The notes below the pieces were generated by a model. That model was given only the letters and a program-made list of their open reading frames with translations, was not told the origin of the DNA and searched no databases. From contig CAZSIL010000007.1 in the NCBI GenBank assembly GCA_964607025.1, positions 1,935-65,934 on the forward strand: 64,000 nucleotides of DNA, given 5' to 3'. Source of the DNA: an uncultured Eubacteriales bacterium (lineage in GTDB: Bacteria > Bacillota > Clostridia > Oscillospirales > Acutalibacteraceae). Below, piece by piece: positions 1 to 10,290 of the stretch. The position numbers were made by a program, and so were the translations under genes. Numbering within the stretch: the first letter of the stretch is position 1; every line of letters starts with the position of its first letter.

Positions 1-159
1 GTAGTTACAGTTGACGGAATTTATGGCAACGAAACACGTGATGCAATATACACCTTCCAACGTCTTAATAATATACCAACAACAGGTTCGGTGGGACCGG
101 TTACTTGGAACGCAATTGCACAAAGATATGATGCAATAATTAATGCAAATAACCCTTAA
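1..159 (+). CDS. 3' end of a CDS truncated by the window edge; C-terminal peptidoglycan-binding (PG_binding_1-like) domain
   Basis: Frame 1 is open from nt 1 to TAA at 157-159. The translation VVTVDGIYGNETRDAIYTFQRLNNIPTTGSVGPVTWNAIAQRY has the DGxxGxxTxxAxxxFQ...G...TW pattern of PG-binding repeats. It has no in-window start, so it is absent from the ORF track. Confidence 0.55.
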   Translation, partial: VVTVDGIYGNETRDAIYTFQRLNNIPTTGSVGPVTWNAIAQRYDAIINANNP

Positions 160-1213
160 ATCTTTTTTTGTACACCAATATTGTAATGACAATCAAAAAG
201 AATACTTCGAGACACAGCAAAATGAAATTTACCGTTTTAGTTTGCAACAACTCGCTTAAACCAACGCTTGAAGAAAAAATCACAACGAGTAATGATGCAA
301 TACACACAATAATAAATTTTTGTTTTGTGTTTTTGCAAAGCTCTATTAAAATTTTATATAATACTGCCGATTTAATCAAATTGCAAATAAAGTAAATGTA
401 ATACGTTATAACATCCATACGGTTGTATCCGTCGTGTGACACCAACATTGAAGTTACAGTAGCATATGGAAATTGCAGTTTATCAATAATATCATTACCT
501 ATCATAAAAATTACGTTTAAAAAACATATTAAAAATAGCGCACCACCAAGCAGGACTCCCAATGGTACATTTACCTTAAGGTCCTGCTTTTTTACGTGAC
601 CTATAAACAACATACACAAAACAACTTGACCAAAGCTGTGTATGAAGAATGTTAACCCTTGGTTCAGTGTGTTTTTTGCGTCAAATGAAAAACTTTCAAA
701 CAAATAATTTAATTCAAACGATGTCAGCGAGAATAAAAACATCGTTATTATACCTATTGTAACTAAAATAATATTCGTAAAAGAAAAGTAAAAAATCACC
801 CGCTTTTTAGTCAATGACAACAGTATTACTGTTGTTGTATATACCACCGACAAAATCCATTTGGGTGTATTCCGCAGGCGAATTTCGCCGAGCATAACTA
901 CATAATCCTTACAGCAAATAGTAATACAAATCAAAACAAACAAAACAAATAAAATCTTCAACGCATTTTTTATTGTGGCATTATTTACTGATTTATCAAA
1001 TATGTGTATGCCGAAATTTTCCGACGCATATTGCAGTTTACTAAAAAAATAGATTAAAACCATGCTCACTGCATAACAAATAATATATCCCAAAAAACTG
1101 TGCTGTTGACCTTCGCCTTTTGGAAACCTAATAATCAGGTTGCCTATTAAAAAAATAGAAATCAAACTGAAAATTCGTTTCTTAATACCTGTATCGACTG
1201 CTTTCATTTTCAA
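140..1213 (-). CDS. Spore germination protein, GerAB/GerKB-type integral membrane (amino-acid-permease-like) subunit
   Basis: 357-aa polytopic hydrophobic protein. It is the last gene of an operon with GerA-family A and C subunits and overlaps the C-subunit stop by 32 nt. Confidence 0.75.
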   Translation of the reverse strand: MKMKAVDTGIKKRIFSLISIFLIGNLIIRFPKGEGQQHSFLGYIICYAVSMVLIYFFSKLQYASENFGIHIFDKSVNNATIKNALKILFVLFVLICITICCKDYVVMLGEIRLRNTPKWILSVVYTTTVILLSLTKKRVIFYFSFTNIILVTIGIITMFLFSLTSFELNYLFESFSFDAKNTLNQGLTFFIHSFGQVVLCMLFIGHVKKQDLKVNVPLGVLLGGALFLICFLNVIFMIGNDIIDKLQFPYATVTSMLVSHDGYNRMDVITYYIYFICNLIKSAVLYKILIELCKNTKQKFIIVCIASLLVVIFSSSVGLSELLQTKTVNFILLCLEVFFLIVITILVYKKRFKGYLH

Positions 1214-1832
1214 CTACCTTAATATCTAAAAAATTATTTTTCTCACAGTTTTTGTATACTGACAATCCATCAATCTTCAATGCATCATCGCTGATTACTA
1301 AATGGGGTAAATAAAACTTTGATGATTTATTGTTATCGTTATAAATACTTGCAAATCTGCCGTATTGGGTTATTTTATTACTGTTTTCGGTATGATTAAC
1401 GGTTTTAATAATCTCATAACCATGCGAATTTTCGGGGGTTTTTCTATCATAAATTTTTGACACATCACAATTAATCAACTGTATTGATAATGAAAAATCA
1501 TACTCTGAAACACATAATTCAAAAATTTGCTCTAAGACATTTTTATCGACACTGTCATCTATTAGAATTAACGGACACTGGCTAAAAATTATCTCACCAG
1601 AAATTTTCATAAGAGCGTTTTTAATAGCTGTATTTAAAGAATTACCATTACCTTTATAAAGCTTTGCGACATCAATATCCGTTGCTTCAACAATACAAAT
1701 CACGTCATCTCGATACCTCTTAACACCGACAGATGTAACTATACACCGTTCTTCAGGGTCGATGTAGTTTTTGGAATAACTGCACCCAGTAAGGAAGGAA
1801 AGCAGAATTAATATTATTAAAAATTTTTTCAA
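1182..1832 (-). CDS. Ger(x)C-family germination lipoprotein, unusually short (216 aa)
   Basis: Signal peptide with lipobox LSFLTGC|S. The gene sits between the GerA-type A and B subunits. It is about half the length I expect for GerAC/GerKC proteins. Confidence 0.55.
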   Translation of the reverse strand: MKKFLIILILLSFLTGCSYSKNYIDPEERCIVTSVGVKRYRDDVICIVEATDIDVAKLYKGNGNSLNTAIKNALMKISGEIIFSQCPLILIDDSVDKNVLEQIFELCVSEYDFSLSIQLINCDVSKIYDRKTPENSHGYEIIKTVNHTENSNKITQYGRFASIYNDNNKSSKFYLPHLVISDDALKIDGLSVYKNCEKNNFLDIKVVENESSRYRY

Positions 1833-1833
1833 C

Positions 1834-3324
1834 CTATTTCACCGTTTTTTGTCTTTTTATATTTTTTGTAATATAGTCAGGCCTTCTAATCATATTACGC
1901 CAATTCACTCTGAACAAAGTATCTTTTAGAGAGCTTTTAGTAAATTCCAAACCTGCTGACACATACGGTATTTCGATACTTTCAAGCGAATACAAATGTA
2001 TATGCATTATCACGATACCGATAAAAAAGCCAAACAGTCCTAAGAGACCCGCAAGAATAACAAAGAGTATCTTAAAATAAAAAACCGACGCCTTAAGTTT
2101 TGGCACTATAAGTCCGGTAATGCCACTTAAAGCAGTTACAATCAATATCGGTGCGCTGATAATTCCTGCTTCAACCGCCGCTTGACCGACGACCAAGCCC
2201 CCTACAATGCTAAGTGCATGACCGACACTTTCCTGCATCCTGATGCCTGTTTCTTTTAATATTTCAAAAAGAATTATCAGAATAAAGCACTCGCCAAAAG
2301 CAGAAAACGGCATGTCAACACGCGAACGAATAATTGACTGCAAAAAAGGCAACGGTAACAAATGTGGATTATATATAGCAAATGCCAAAAATACCGCGGG
2401 TAAACATATAGTTACATAAAAACAAATATATCGCAGCACCCTGCCGATTGCTGCAGACAAATAGTTTTGATAATAGTCATCATCCGACTGAAAATTTTCT
2501 AAAAAGAAATAAGGCGCCGTTAAAACTATAGGGGTTCCGTCTACCATTAACGCCACCCGTCCTTCGAGAAGCTTTGCGGCAACAACATCCGGTTTTTGTG
2601 TTTTTCCAAACGTCTTGAATAACGAAAAATTTTTTTCTGCTATTAATTCGCTTATATAATTACTGTCTAAAACACCGTCAATATCTATTTTATCAAGGCG
2701 TTCCTTTATAACATTAAGCACTCTGCGGTTAACCAATGACTCTATATAGCATATAAACACTTTTGTATTCGTTTTTCTGCCTAAACTAACATATTCTATG
2801 CACAAATCAGGTGTCGGTAACTTTCGTCGCAGTTGTGTGTGATTTCTCATAAGCGCCTCATCAAAGCCCTCTCGCGGACCTTCTAATACACGCTCATCTT
2901 TTGGCTCATCAACACCGCGGCTGCGCCAACCCTTTGTATTTACTATTAATGCATTGGTATATCCATCAAAAATTATCAGAGTATCGCCGTATAATAGCGA
3001 AGATAACATCTTTTCGGTATTATCGGTCATTGATATTTCATCAGCAAAGAGCACCTTATTTTGTACATAGTCAACCAAATTCCCTGTTTTATTTTCAAAA
3101 CGATTTGTTAATAGGGGTCGTATAACTGCGTCAGTTAAAGTATCCGCATTAATCATACTATCCACAAAATATAATACAGCACGGGAATTATTTTCATCAT
3201 TTAAAATAATTTCACGTTTCCTTATTGCTGCATCTTTTTTAAAAATTTCAGCGAAAAAAATTATATTCTCTTCGATATTTTCTGAAAGTTTTTTGTTTTT
3301 AAAACTGCTTAATTCCCTTTTCAT
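1834..3324 (-). CDS. Spore germination protein, GerAA/GerKA-family A subunit
   Basis: Soluble N-terminal domain followed by a C-terminal membrane domain typical of the GerA family (LYFVDSMIN..., DGTPIVLTAPYFF). I chose the ATG at 3324 (MKRELSS) with a GGTGA RBS rather than the TTG at 3375. Confidence 0.85.
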   Translation of the reverse strand: MKRELSSFKNKKLSENIEENIIFFAEIFKKDAAIRKREIILNDENNSRAVLYFVDSMINADTLTDAVIRPLLTNRFENKTGNLVDYVQNKVLFADEISMTDNTEKMLSSLLYGDTLIIFDGYTNALIVNTKGWRSRGVDEPKDERVLEGPREGFDEALMRNHTQLRRKLPTPDLCIEYVSLGRKTNTKVFICYIESLVNRRVLNVIKERLDKIDIDGVLDSNYISELIAEKNFSLFKTFGKTQKPDVVAAKLLEGRVALMVDGTPIVLTAPYFFLENFQSDDDYYQNYLSAAIGRVLRYICFYVTICLPAVFLAFAIYNPHLLPLPFLQSIIRSRVDMPFSAFGECFILIILFEILKETGIRMQESVGHALSIVGGLVVGQAAVEAGIISAPILIVTALSGITGLIVPKLKASVFYFKILFVILAGLLGLFGFFIGIVIMHIHLYSLESIEIPYVSAGLEFTKSSLKDTLFRVNWRNMIRRPDYITKNIKRQKTVK

Positions 3325-3399
3325 TTCATCACCGTTTCTTTTTATATTATTTTGCAAATAAAAGTTAATATACAAAAAAAGAACCGAAGAAACTTCGGT

Positions 3400-4179
3400 T
3401 CAAGTTCTATTCATTTTTAAACGCAATCGCAATTTATCGGCTATCATTGCAATAAATTCGCTGTTAGTGGGTTTCCCGCGTTCGTTTTGAATTGTGTATC
3501 CAAAATAGGAATTGAGCACTTCTATATTACCCCTGTCCCAAGCAACTTCTATGGCGTGACGTATTGCTCTTTCCACACGCGATGAAGTTGTACTGTACAT
3601 CTTTGCAACGGTGGGATAAAGTATTTTTGTAACCGAATTTATAGCTTCGTTGTTTCTGACCGACATAATAATTGCTTCGCGCAAATAATGATAACCTTTT
3701 ATGTGTGCAGGAACGCCGATTTGATGAATTATTTCGGTAACCATCAATTCTAAATCATTATCATCTGTCAACTCGATATTATTTGCATTGTTTTCATTTG
3801 AAGAATATTTAGTAAGTATTTTGATGCGCTCAGCCATGCTTTTAACATCAAACGGCTTTATGAAATAATAACTCGCCCCTGCTGATAGCGTTTCTTTTTC
3901 AAGACGCGGATTATCATAACTTGACATTGCCATTACCAACGGTTTTTCTCGCATCTCAGAATTTTTTAGATTATCTAAAACACCTAGTATATCTAAATTA
4001 GGCATAAATACGTCAGCAATAACGACATCCGGTTTAATGCGCTTTACTGAATCCAAAAGTTTTAATCCATCCTTTTCGCAAACTGTCGTTTCCATACCGT
4101 ACTGTCCTAAAATTTTTCGGCAGGTATTTCCAAGTTCGGTGGTATTGTCGGCCAACAAAATTTTCAATTTCTTTTCCAT
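3400..4179 (-). CDS. spo0A: Sporulation master regulator Spo0A
   Basis: Receiver domain (KILLADN...[10 protein letters not shown]) plus the Spo0A-specific C-terminal DNA-binding domain ([16 protein letters not shown]...[18 protein letters not shown]...[15 protein letters not shown]). ATG at 4179 is preceded by GAAAGGAAAA. Confidence 0.95.
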   Translation of the reverse strand: MEKKLKILLADNTTELGNTCRKILGQYGMETTVCEKDGLKLLDSVKRIKPDVVIADVFMPNLDILGVLDNLKNSEMREKPLVMAMSSYDNPRLEKETLSAGASYYFIKPFDVKSMAERIKILTKYSSNENNANNIELTDDNDLELMVTEIIHQIGVPAHIKGYHYLREAIIMSVRNNEAINSVTKILYPTVAKMYSTTSSRVERAIRHAIEVAWDRGNIEVLNSYFGYTIQNERGKPTNSEFIAMIADKLRLRLKMNRT

Positions 4180-4210
4180 ATTTATTTTCCTTTCTGTATT
4201 TTGTAGACAC

Positions 4211-4239
4211 ATTTTACCACATATTCCCAATAATTTCAA
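4211..4239 (-). promoter_or_regulatory. Candidate sigma-A-type promoter upstream of spo0A
   Basis: Minus strand reads TTGAAA (4239-4234), 17-bp spacer, TAAAAT (4216-4211). I could not locate a convincing sigma-H element. Confidence 0.35.
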
Positions 4240-4338
4240 TGTTTTTTGCGAGGTTTTTTAGATTTTTTTGGATTTTGTTGGATTTTCACTAAAATCCCCC
4301 CACTTTTTTCCCTAAAAATGACAAATAATGATATAAAA

Positions 4339-4372
4339 CAAAAAATATCTCTTCCTAATTTGGAAGAGATAT
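4339..4372 (-). terminator. Rho-independent terminator after the glutamine synthetase gene
   Basis: Hairpin ATATCTCTTCC/GGAAGAGATAT (4345-4372) is followed on the minus strand by a T run. Confidence 0.75.
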
Positions 4373-4377
4373 TTAAG

Positions 4378-6474
4378 TTATCTTACACTAAAAAGCAAAT
4401 CACTATATGTCGGGAACGGCCAATACTTATCAGCAGTAATCGTTTCGGCTTCATCACATAATGCACGAAGCTTTTCCATATTTGGTGAAAGCTTATCGCG
4501 TATTGTGTTTGCCTGTTCAATAACGTCACTCATACCTTTAATTTCGAGAATATTAGCAGATAGGATCTTCTCCATTGAAAGGATTTTTTCGGTAATTAAC
4601 GATAATCTTTCAAGCATTTCGTTTTCGTAAGCCATACTTATTTTAGAATTTAGTGCCTTTTTATTGGCGGCAACCGAAGCGATTTCGCCAATAAATGTCT
4701 CAATCGCCGGCAAAATCTGCTTACGTGTCATATATGACATAGTTGTTGCTTCTATGATTAATGTTTTTACATAGTTATCCATTAAAATTTCGCAGCGCGA
4801 GTGAAGTTCTTGCTCGGAGAAAACCTTAATAGAGGTCAACATATCGACGTTCTTCTTATCGATTAAATGCGGTAAACAGTCGGGGGTGGTTTTATAGTTA
4901 TGAAGTCCTCTTTTCTCGGTTGCTTCCTTGATCCAAGCTTCATCATAACCGTTTCCATTGAAAATGATGCGCTTGTGTTCTTTTATGGTGTTCTTTATAA
5001 GGGTATGTAAATCATCTTCAAAGCTAGAAGAAGTTTCGAGGATGTCAGCGTATTTTTTTAGGGTTGCCGCAACGGCTGAATTTAGCATAATATTCGCACA
5101 TGCGATACTGTTGGAAGAACCCAACATTCTAAATTCAAATTTATTGCCTGTAAAAGCAAATGGTGACGTGCGGTTTCTATCTGTATTATCGCGAACAAAT
5201 TTAGGTAATACGTGAACACCCAGTTTCATTTGTGTTTTTTCGGTAGCATTATATGGCAAATCGTTCTCAATAGCATCGAGAACTGCCGTGATTTCATCAC
5301 CCAAAAATATTGAAATAACTGCAGGCGGTGCTTCATTAGCACCTAAGCGGTGGTCGTTTCCTGCAGTTGCAACCGAGATACGAAGCAAATCTTGATACTC
5401 GTCAACTGCTTCGATAACTGCACATAGCAACAGTAAGAATTGTGCATTTTCATAGGGTGTATCACCCGGTTTCAAAAGATTTACACCAGTATCGGTAGCG
5501 AGGGACCAGTTATTATGCTTACCACTACCGTTAACGCCTGCAAATGGTTTTTCGTGCAAAAGGCATACAAGCCCATGTTTTGCGGCAACCTTCTGCATAA
5601 TTTCCATGGTAAGCTGATTATGGTCGGTTGCGATGTTGGTTGTAGTATATATCGGCGCCAACTCATGCTGAGCAGGGGCTGCCTCGTTATGCTCGGTTTT
5701 GGCTAAAATCCCAAGTTTCCAAAGTTCTTGATTAAGTTCCGCCATAAACTCAGCAACCTTGGGTTTTATCGTGCCAAAATAATGGTCGTCCATTTCCTGC
5801 GCTTTAGGCGGATTTGCACCAAAAAGTGTGCGGCCGGTGAAAATTAAATCCTTGCGCTTATTATAAACTTCGCGGGAAATTAAAAAATACTCCTGTTCTG
5901 CGCCAACCGACGTTTTTACGCATTTTACGTTTTCGTTACCAAATAGTTTGAGTACACGAAGCGCTTGTTTATTAATTGCTTCCATCGAACGCAAAAGCGG
6001 TGTTTTCTTATCAAGGGCATCGCCCGTAAATGAGCAAAAAGCAGTTGGAATACAAAGTGAATTGCCTTTAATAAACGCATAAGAGGTTGGGTCCCACGCT
6101 GTATATCCGCGCGCTTCAAAGGTAGCTCTGAGACCGCCAGACGGGAAAGAAGAAGCGTCGGGCTCACCTTTTATTAATTCTTTTCCCGAGAATTCCATGA
6201 TAACTCTTCCGTCAGGCAACGATGTAATAAAACCGTCGTTCTTTTCGGCAGTTATCCCCGTCATCGGTTGGAACCAATGTGTATAATGTGTAGCGCCTTT
6301 TTCAACCGCCCAGTCCTTCATAGCACTGGCAACGGCATTTGCTACCGATATATCAAGTCGTGCGCCTTCATCAATAGTCTTTTTTAGTGAATGATAAATT
6401 TCCGTAGAAAGACGCGCCTTCATCTCTCTATCATCGAAAACAAGACATCCGAAATATTCCGTTAACGGTTTCAT
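4378..6474 (-). CDS. glnN: Glutamine synthetase, type III
   Basis: About 700-aa GS with the type III N-terminus ([16 protein letters not shown]...[13 protein letters not shown]) and core ([10 protein letters not shown]). ATG at 6474 with an AAAGGAG RBS. Confidence 0.9.
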   Translation of the reverse strand: MKPLTEYFGCLVFDDREMKARLSTEIYHSLKKTIDEGARLDISVANAVASAMKDWAVEKGATHYTHWFQPMTGITAEKNDGFITSLPDGRVIMEFSGKELIKGEPDASSFPSGGLRATFEARGYTAWDPTSYAFIKGNSLCIPTAFCSFTGDALDKKTPLLRSMEAINKQALRVLKLFGNENVKCVKTSVGAEQEYFLISREVYNKRKDLIFTGRTLFGANPPKAQEMDDHYFGTIKPKVAEFMAELNQELWKLGILAKTEHNEAAPAQHELAPIYTTTNIATDHNQLTMEIMQKVAAKHGLVCLLHEKPFAGVNGSGKHNNWSLATDTGVNLLKPGDTPYENAQFLLLLCAVIEAVDEYQDLLRISVATAGNDHRLGANEAPPAVISIFLGDEITAVLDAIENDLPYNATEKTQMKLGVHVLPKFVRDNTDRNRTSPFAFTGNKFEFRMLGSSNSIACANIMLNSAVAATLKKYADILETSSSFEDDLHTLIKNTIKEHKRIIFNGNGYDEAWIKEATEKRGLHNYKTTPDCLPHLIDKKNVDMLTSIKVFSEQELHSRCEILMDNYVKTLIIEATTMSYMTRKQILPAIETFIGEIASVAANKKALNSKISMAYENEMLERLSLITEKILSMEKILSANILEIKGMSDVIEQANTIRDKLSPNMEKLRALCDEAETITADKYWPFPTYSDLLFSVR

Positions 6475-6507
6475 AAATTTCTCCTTTAAACCATATTTAA
6501 CTAATTT

Positions 6508-6536
6508 ATTATATACCACAAATATATATAAATCAA
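6508..6536 (-). promoter_or_regulatory. Candidate sigma-A promoter for the glutamine synthetase gene
   Basis: Minus strand reads TTGATT (6536-6531), 17 bp, TATAAT (6513-6508). Confidence 0.4.
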
Positions 6537-6568
6537 GATAAATCTACAATGTTTCGACACAGTTAACA

Positions 6569-8281
6569 CTATTTTACAATCATATTAACCTTTGGATCAA
6601 AAATATTTTCACATTTGCCAATTATAAAGTCATTTTTGATTCTGTTTACAGTTTTATTAATAAAACTTTCTTTAAAAAGTCCTGTAAAATCTCTAATTAA
6701 TTGCATGCCGGGGTTTTCGGTTTGATGCAAAATAAATCCGCCTTGATTTTTTGTAATAATTAGTCTCCGAGAACTGAAAGTTTCAATAAAATCGATATCA
6801 ATGGTAATCTCATCGTTGTTATTTTGAATTTTTGAAGAAACAAGGTACTTTTCTCCGTAATAAACAAGTTCTCCCCTTTTAAACTCGTCAATTCCCAATG
6901 GGATAAAAAATTCTGCCTTTGATTCTAGATATTTCAAAAATACTTGCTTTTCAGAAGAAACTATAGAAATTGATTTTAATCCGCTCGAATAATTATTCTG
7001 AAATATTTGCAGCAATTTAGGTAAAAGCCCAACCGAAGCGGAATTTTCGCTCTTTGCTACCAAATCAACTCCCAAAAGGTCAAAGTTCTTAATAAATGAT
7101 TTAAATCTGCGATTTGGAAAAATTATATCGAAAAAGTTTTTCTTTTTTTTATTATTTATCGCATTATTAAATTTTAGAAGACGGAAGTAAGCAAACATAT
7201 TTTCGGGTAATCGTTTCGGGAACTTTCCCGAAAAATATTCATTTGTTATATCAAAGAATCGGCTTTGTTGGAACAACTCATTGTTGCCCGCATTTGTTAC
7301 AATTAAAATATTCGAATCAAAAAAGCCAAGAACGTTTTGGCCAAACATACCATTAAATAAAAAACTGTTGTTGCTTTTTTTCGACCAAAACTGATAGCCA
7401 TAGTCATATTCCCCAAATTGCTCGGGTGTGGAAATTTGCGCTGATGTGGCTGTATTCAACCACTCTTCGCTTATAATACGCTGAGAATTCCATACACCAC
7501 GATTCAGTACAACCTGACCGATTTTAGCGAAATCTTCCGGAGTAATAAACAATCCCCATCCACCTATTTCGGTATCGGAATTGCTTTTGCCAAAATAAAA
7601 ATTCTTAATATTCAACGGTTCAAATAAACGTGGGCGCAAATACTCTGTCAATGTTTGTCCGCTAACCCGTTTTATTATTGCCGACAGCATATACGTGTTT
7701 AAACTATTATAACTAAATTTAGTGCCTGGTTTTAGAGAAAACGCGCTTTTAAAAAACGACCCTTCCCAATCATCCGAAGACATACAAAGAAACTCGTTAA
7801 ATGTGCATCCCGTACTCATTGTAAGCAGTGATTTAACCGTCACATCGCGTAATCGAATTTTTTTAACAGGGTTAACATATTCAGGAAAGAATTGGGTGAT
7901 AGGTGTGTTTATATCAAGTTTGCCTTCATCAACCAACATGCCTATGGCTAGTGAAACAACACTTTTACAAGCCGAAAATGTCATTTTCCAAACCGATAAA
8001 TCGGAATTTCCAAAGGCAGATTTTGATATAATTTTTCCGTTTTTTAATATTAAAACGTTGTGCATATTAATACTTGAATCGTTATTTAATTCTTGAAGAT
8101 ATTTTAATATAATGTTTGAATCTACACCTTGTGATTCGGGTGTGGCCGTTTCTAGTGGATCAGAACTAATATTAGCATTAAATTCAGGTTTGTTGTCTTT
8201 TAATTTAATATACGGTGTCATAGTGATATTGGGATTAAACAAATTTTTAAACATGCTTATCGCCTTGTTCATTAAAACCAC
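6569..8281 (-). CDS. Serine hydrolase, beta-lactamase/PBP-like family, with a large C-terminal extension
   Basis: SxxK motif (SACKS) and YxN motif (SYNSLN) in the N-terminal roughly 350 aa. The C-terminal roughly 200 aa has no motif I recognise. Confidence 0.7.
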   Translation of the reverse strand: MVLMNKAISMFKNLFNPNITMTPYIKLKDNKPEFNANISSDPLETATPESQGVDSNIILKYLQELNNDSSINMHNVLILKNGKIISKSAFGNSDLSVWKMTFSACKSVVSLAIGMLVDEGKLDINTPITQFFPEYVNPVKKIRLRDVTVKSLLTMSTGCTFNEFLCMSSDDWEGSFFKSAFSLKPGTKFSYNSLNTYMLSAIIKRVSGQTLTEYLRPRLFEPLNIKNFYFGKSNSDTEIGGWGLFITPEDFAKIGQVVLNRGVWNSQRIISEEWLNTATSAQISTPEQFGEYDYGYQFWSKKSNNSFLFNGMFGQNVLGFFDSNILIVTNAGNNELFQQSRFFDITNEYFSGKFPKRLPENMFAYFRLLKFNNAINNKKKKNFFDIIFPNRRFKSFIKNFDLLGVDLVAKSENSASVGLLPKLLQIFQNNYSSGLKSISIVSSEKQVFLKYLESKAEFFIPLGIDEFKRGELVYYGEKYLVSSKIQNNNDEITIDIDFIETFSSRRLIITKNQGGFILHQTENPGMQLIRDFTGLFKESFINKTVNRIKNDFIIGKCENIFDPKVNMIVK

Positions 8282-8380
8282 CTCACGGATTTATTATACA
8301 ATGACTTTACCGATTTTAAAAGTAATATGTTGAATAAATAATGGTTTTATGATAAAATTACATGGATTTGAGGTGAGAGT

Positions 8381-10276
8381 ATGCAATATAAAATATCAAA
8401 CGGTTCTTTTTCCTATGGCGCCAATAAAATTTTAAGATGTATTGATTTTGAGATAAAAGACAAGGAAAAAATTGCCGTTGTGGGAAGAAATGGTTGCGGT
8501 AAGTCAACCTTGCTTAAAATCATATCCGGTGAGCTTGAATTAGACCGAGATAATAACTTTAACTCGCAAATTATTAAAACGGGAATCCGAGAAATCGGCA
8601 CATTATCACAAATTGCTTTCACCGATGACAGCATTACTCTGCTTGAAGAAATCCGCTCTGTATATTCAGATATTATCGAGTTGAAGCACCAAATCGACCA
8701 ACTTTCGTTAACCCTTGAAAACGACCACAGCGATGAAATCATAAAAGAATTTACAAACAAACAGGAACTATTTAATAATCTCGGCGGTTATTATTTTGAA
8801 AAGGAATATGAAACCATTATTAAAAAGTTTGGATTTAATGATAGCGATAAACTTAAAAAGTTATCCGAATTTTCCGGTGGGCAACGGACAAAAATCGCTT
8901 TTATTAAACTTTTGCTTAGCAAACCTGATATTTTACTCCTTGATGAGCCGACCAACCACCTTGACATTGAATCGGTGGAATGGTTGGAGGAATATATCAA
9001 AAATTATCCCAAAAGCGTTGTTGTTGTGTCACACGACCGTATGTTTTTAGATAAAACCGTCGATATAGTTTATGAAATAGAATATGGTAAAACAAAAAAA
9101 TACGTGGGCAACTACACTTGCTTTGCGGCTCAAAAGAAAAAAGATAAAGAGCTTCAGCAAAAGCAATTTGAAGTACAACAAAAGGAAATTGAACATTTAG
9201 AATCGCTTGCTGAACGTTTTAGGTACAAAGCCACAAAAGCGGCAATGGTACAATCAAAATTGAAGGTTATCGACCGTATGGATTTAATTGATAGACCCGA
9301 TAAAGATGATAACCGTACCTTCCGCGCCGATTTCACCCCCTTAGTTAAAAGTTATAAAGACGTTTTAACGGTACGTGATTTGACCGTTGGTTATGATAAA
9401 TCCCTAATTAAAGTAAATCTAAATATTAAACGATGTGACCGCATTGGTATTGTAGGCAACAACGGAACTGGTAAATCTACGTTTTTAAAAACTGTTGTTG
9501 GTGCTTTACCTGCAATTTCCGGGGAAATGACTATTGGCAAAAATGTAACCCTCGGCTATTTTGATCAGCAAATTGCCGCCTTAAATTCATCCAATACTGT
9601 TCTTGATGAATTTTGGAACCAATTCCCCACTCTCACCGAAACCCAAGTACGAAATGCTTTAGGGGCCTTTAGTTTCTGCGGTGAAGATGTTTTTAAATTC
9701 GTAAATATGCTATCGGGTGGAGAAAAGGTGAGATTGTCACTTTGCAAAATTTTTCAAAATAAGCCTAATTTTCTTGTTTTAGATGAACCAACCAACCATA
9801 TGGATATTGTGGGGAAAGAAGCGCTTGAAGAAATTTTACTTAAATTTGACGGTACCGTACTTTTTGTATCGCATGACAGATATTTCGTGCAAAAAATCGC
9901 CACTTCCCTTTTAGTATTCGACGCGGATACTTCGGAATTTTTCCAATATGGATACGAGCAGTACATTGAAGATAAAAAGAAAACAATTAACACAACACCT
10001 GATTTTGTTTCAACTGTAAAAAAAGAGAAAAAGCATTACACAACACCCGGTAAGGAGAAAGCAAAGTTAGAAAGGCAAATCAAAAAGGTACAAGAACAAA
10101 TTAATACAAGTGAAGAGACACTTACAAAACTGAATGAAGAAATTAATTCTTTATCAAATAGCAACGATTACAACCGCCTTGAAGAACTGCGAATTCTAAT
10201 TGAAAATGAAGAAAATAATCAACTCGACCTTATGGAGATGTTGGAAGAACTGCTAAAAAAAGAACCCATCTTGTGA
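8381..10276 (+). CDS. ABC-F family ATPase (no membrane domain; translation-factor/ribosome-associated type)
   Basis: Two ABC cassettes (GRNGCGKST...FSGGQ...LLLDEPTNHLD; GNNGTGKST...LSGGE...LVLDEPTNHMD) with an inter-domain linker and a C-terminal coiled-coil tail. Confidence 0.9.
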   Translation: MQYKISNGSFSYGANKILRCIDFEIKDKEKIAVVGRNGCGKSTLLKIISGELELDRDNNFNSQIIKTGIREIGTLSQIAFTDDSITLLEEIRSVYSDIIELKHQIDQLSLTLENDHSDEIIKEFTNKQELFNNLGGYYFEKEYETIIKKFGFNDSDKLKKLSEFSGGQRTKIAFIKLLLSKPDILLLDEPTNHLDIESVEWLEEYIKNYPKSVVVVSHDRMFLDKTVDIVYEIEYGKTKKYVGNYTCFAAQKKKDKELQQKQFEVQQKEIEHLESLAERFRYKATKAAMVQSKLKVIDRMDLIDRPDKDDNRTFRADFTPLVKSYKDVLTVRDLTVGYDKSLIKVNLNIKRCDRIGIVGNNGTGKSTFLKTVVGALPAISGEMTIGKNVTLGYFDQQIAALNSSNTVLDEFWNQFPTLTETQVRNALGAFSFCGEDVFKFVNMLSGGEKVRLSLCKIFQNKPNFLVLDEPTNHMDIVGKEALEEILLKFDGTVLFVSHDRYFVQKIATSLLVFDADTSEFFQYGYEQYIEDKKKTINTTPDFVSTVKKEKKHYTTPGKEKAKLERQIKKVQEQINTSEETLTKLNEEINSLSNSNDYNRLEELRILIENEENNQLDLMEMLEELLKKEPIL

Positions 10277-10287
10277 TGGGTTCTTTT
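10255..10287. terminator. Bidirectional terminator between the ABC-F gene and the decarboxylase operon
   Basis: Hairpin AGAACCCATC/GATGGGTTCT (10261-10284) has an A run upstream and a T run downstream. The ABC-F stop codon lies in the loop/right arm. Confidence 0.7.
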
Positions 10288-10290
10288 AAA

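Noticed and set aside
4180-4239. N-terminal extensions suggested by the ORF track for spo0A, glnN, argF, argJ, ispF, ispD, sigG, ylmC, yqeG, ylxM, serC and gerAA
   Set aside because: In each case an internal start gives the conserved family N-terminus and has a proper Shine-Dalgarno at 5-9 nt. The longer form has no RBS or overlaps the upstream gene.
6537-6568. GlnR/TnrA box (TGTNA-N7-TNACA), and a Spo0A box, upstream of the glutamine synthetase gene
   Set aside because: No 17-bp TGTNA-N7-TNACA match can be aligned on either strand. A TGTCGAA heptamer (perfect 0A-box core) is present on the minus strand, but a single 7-mer is expected by chance in a 64-kb window.
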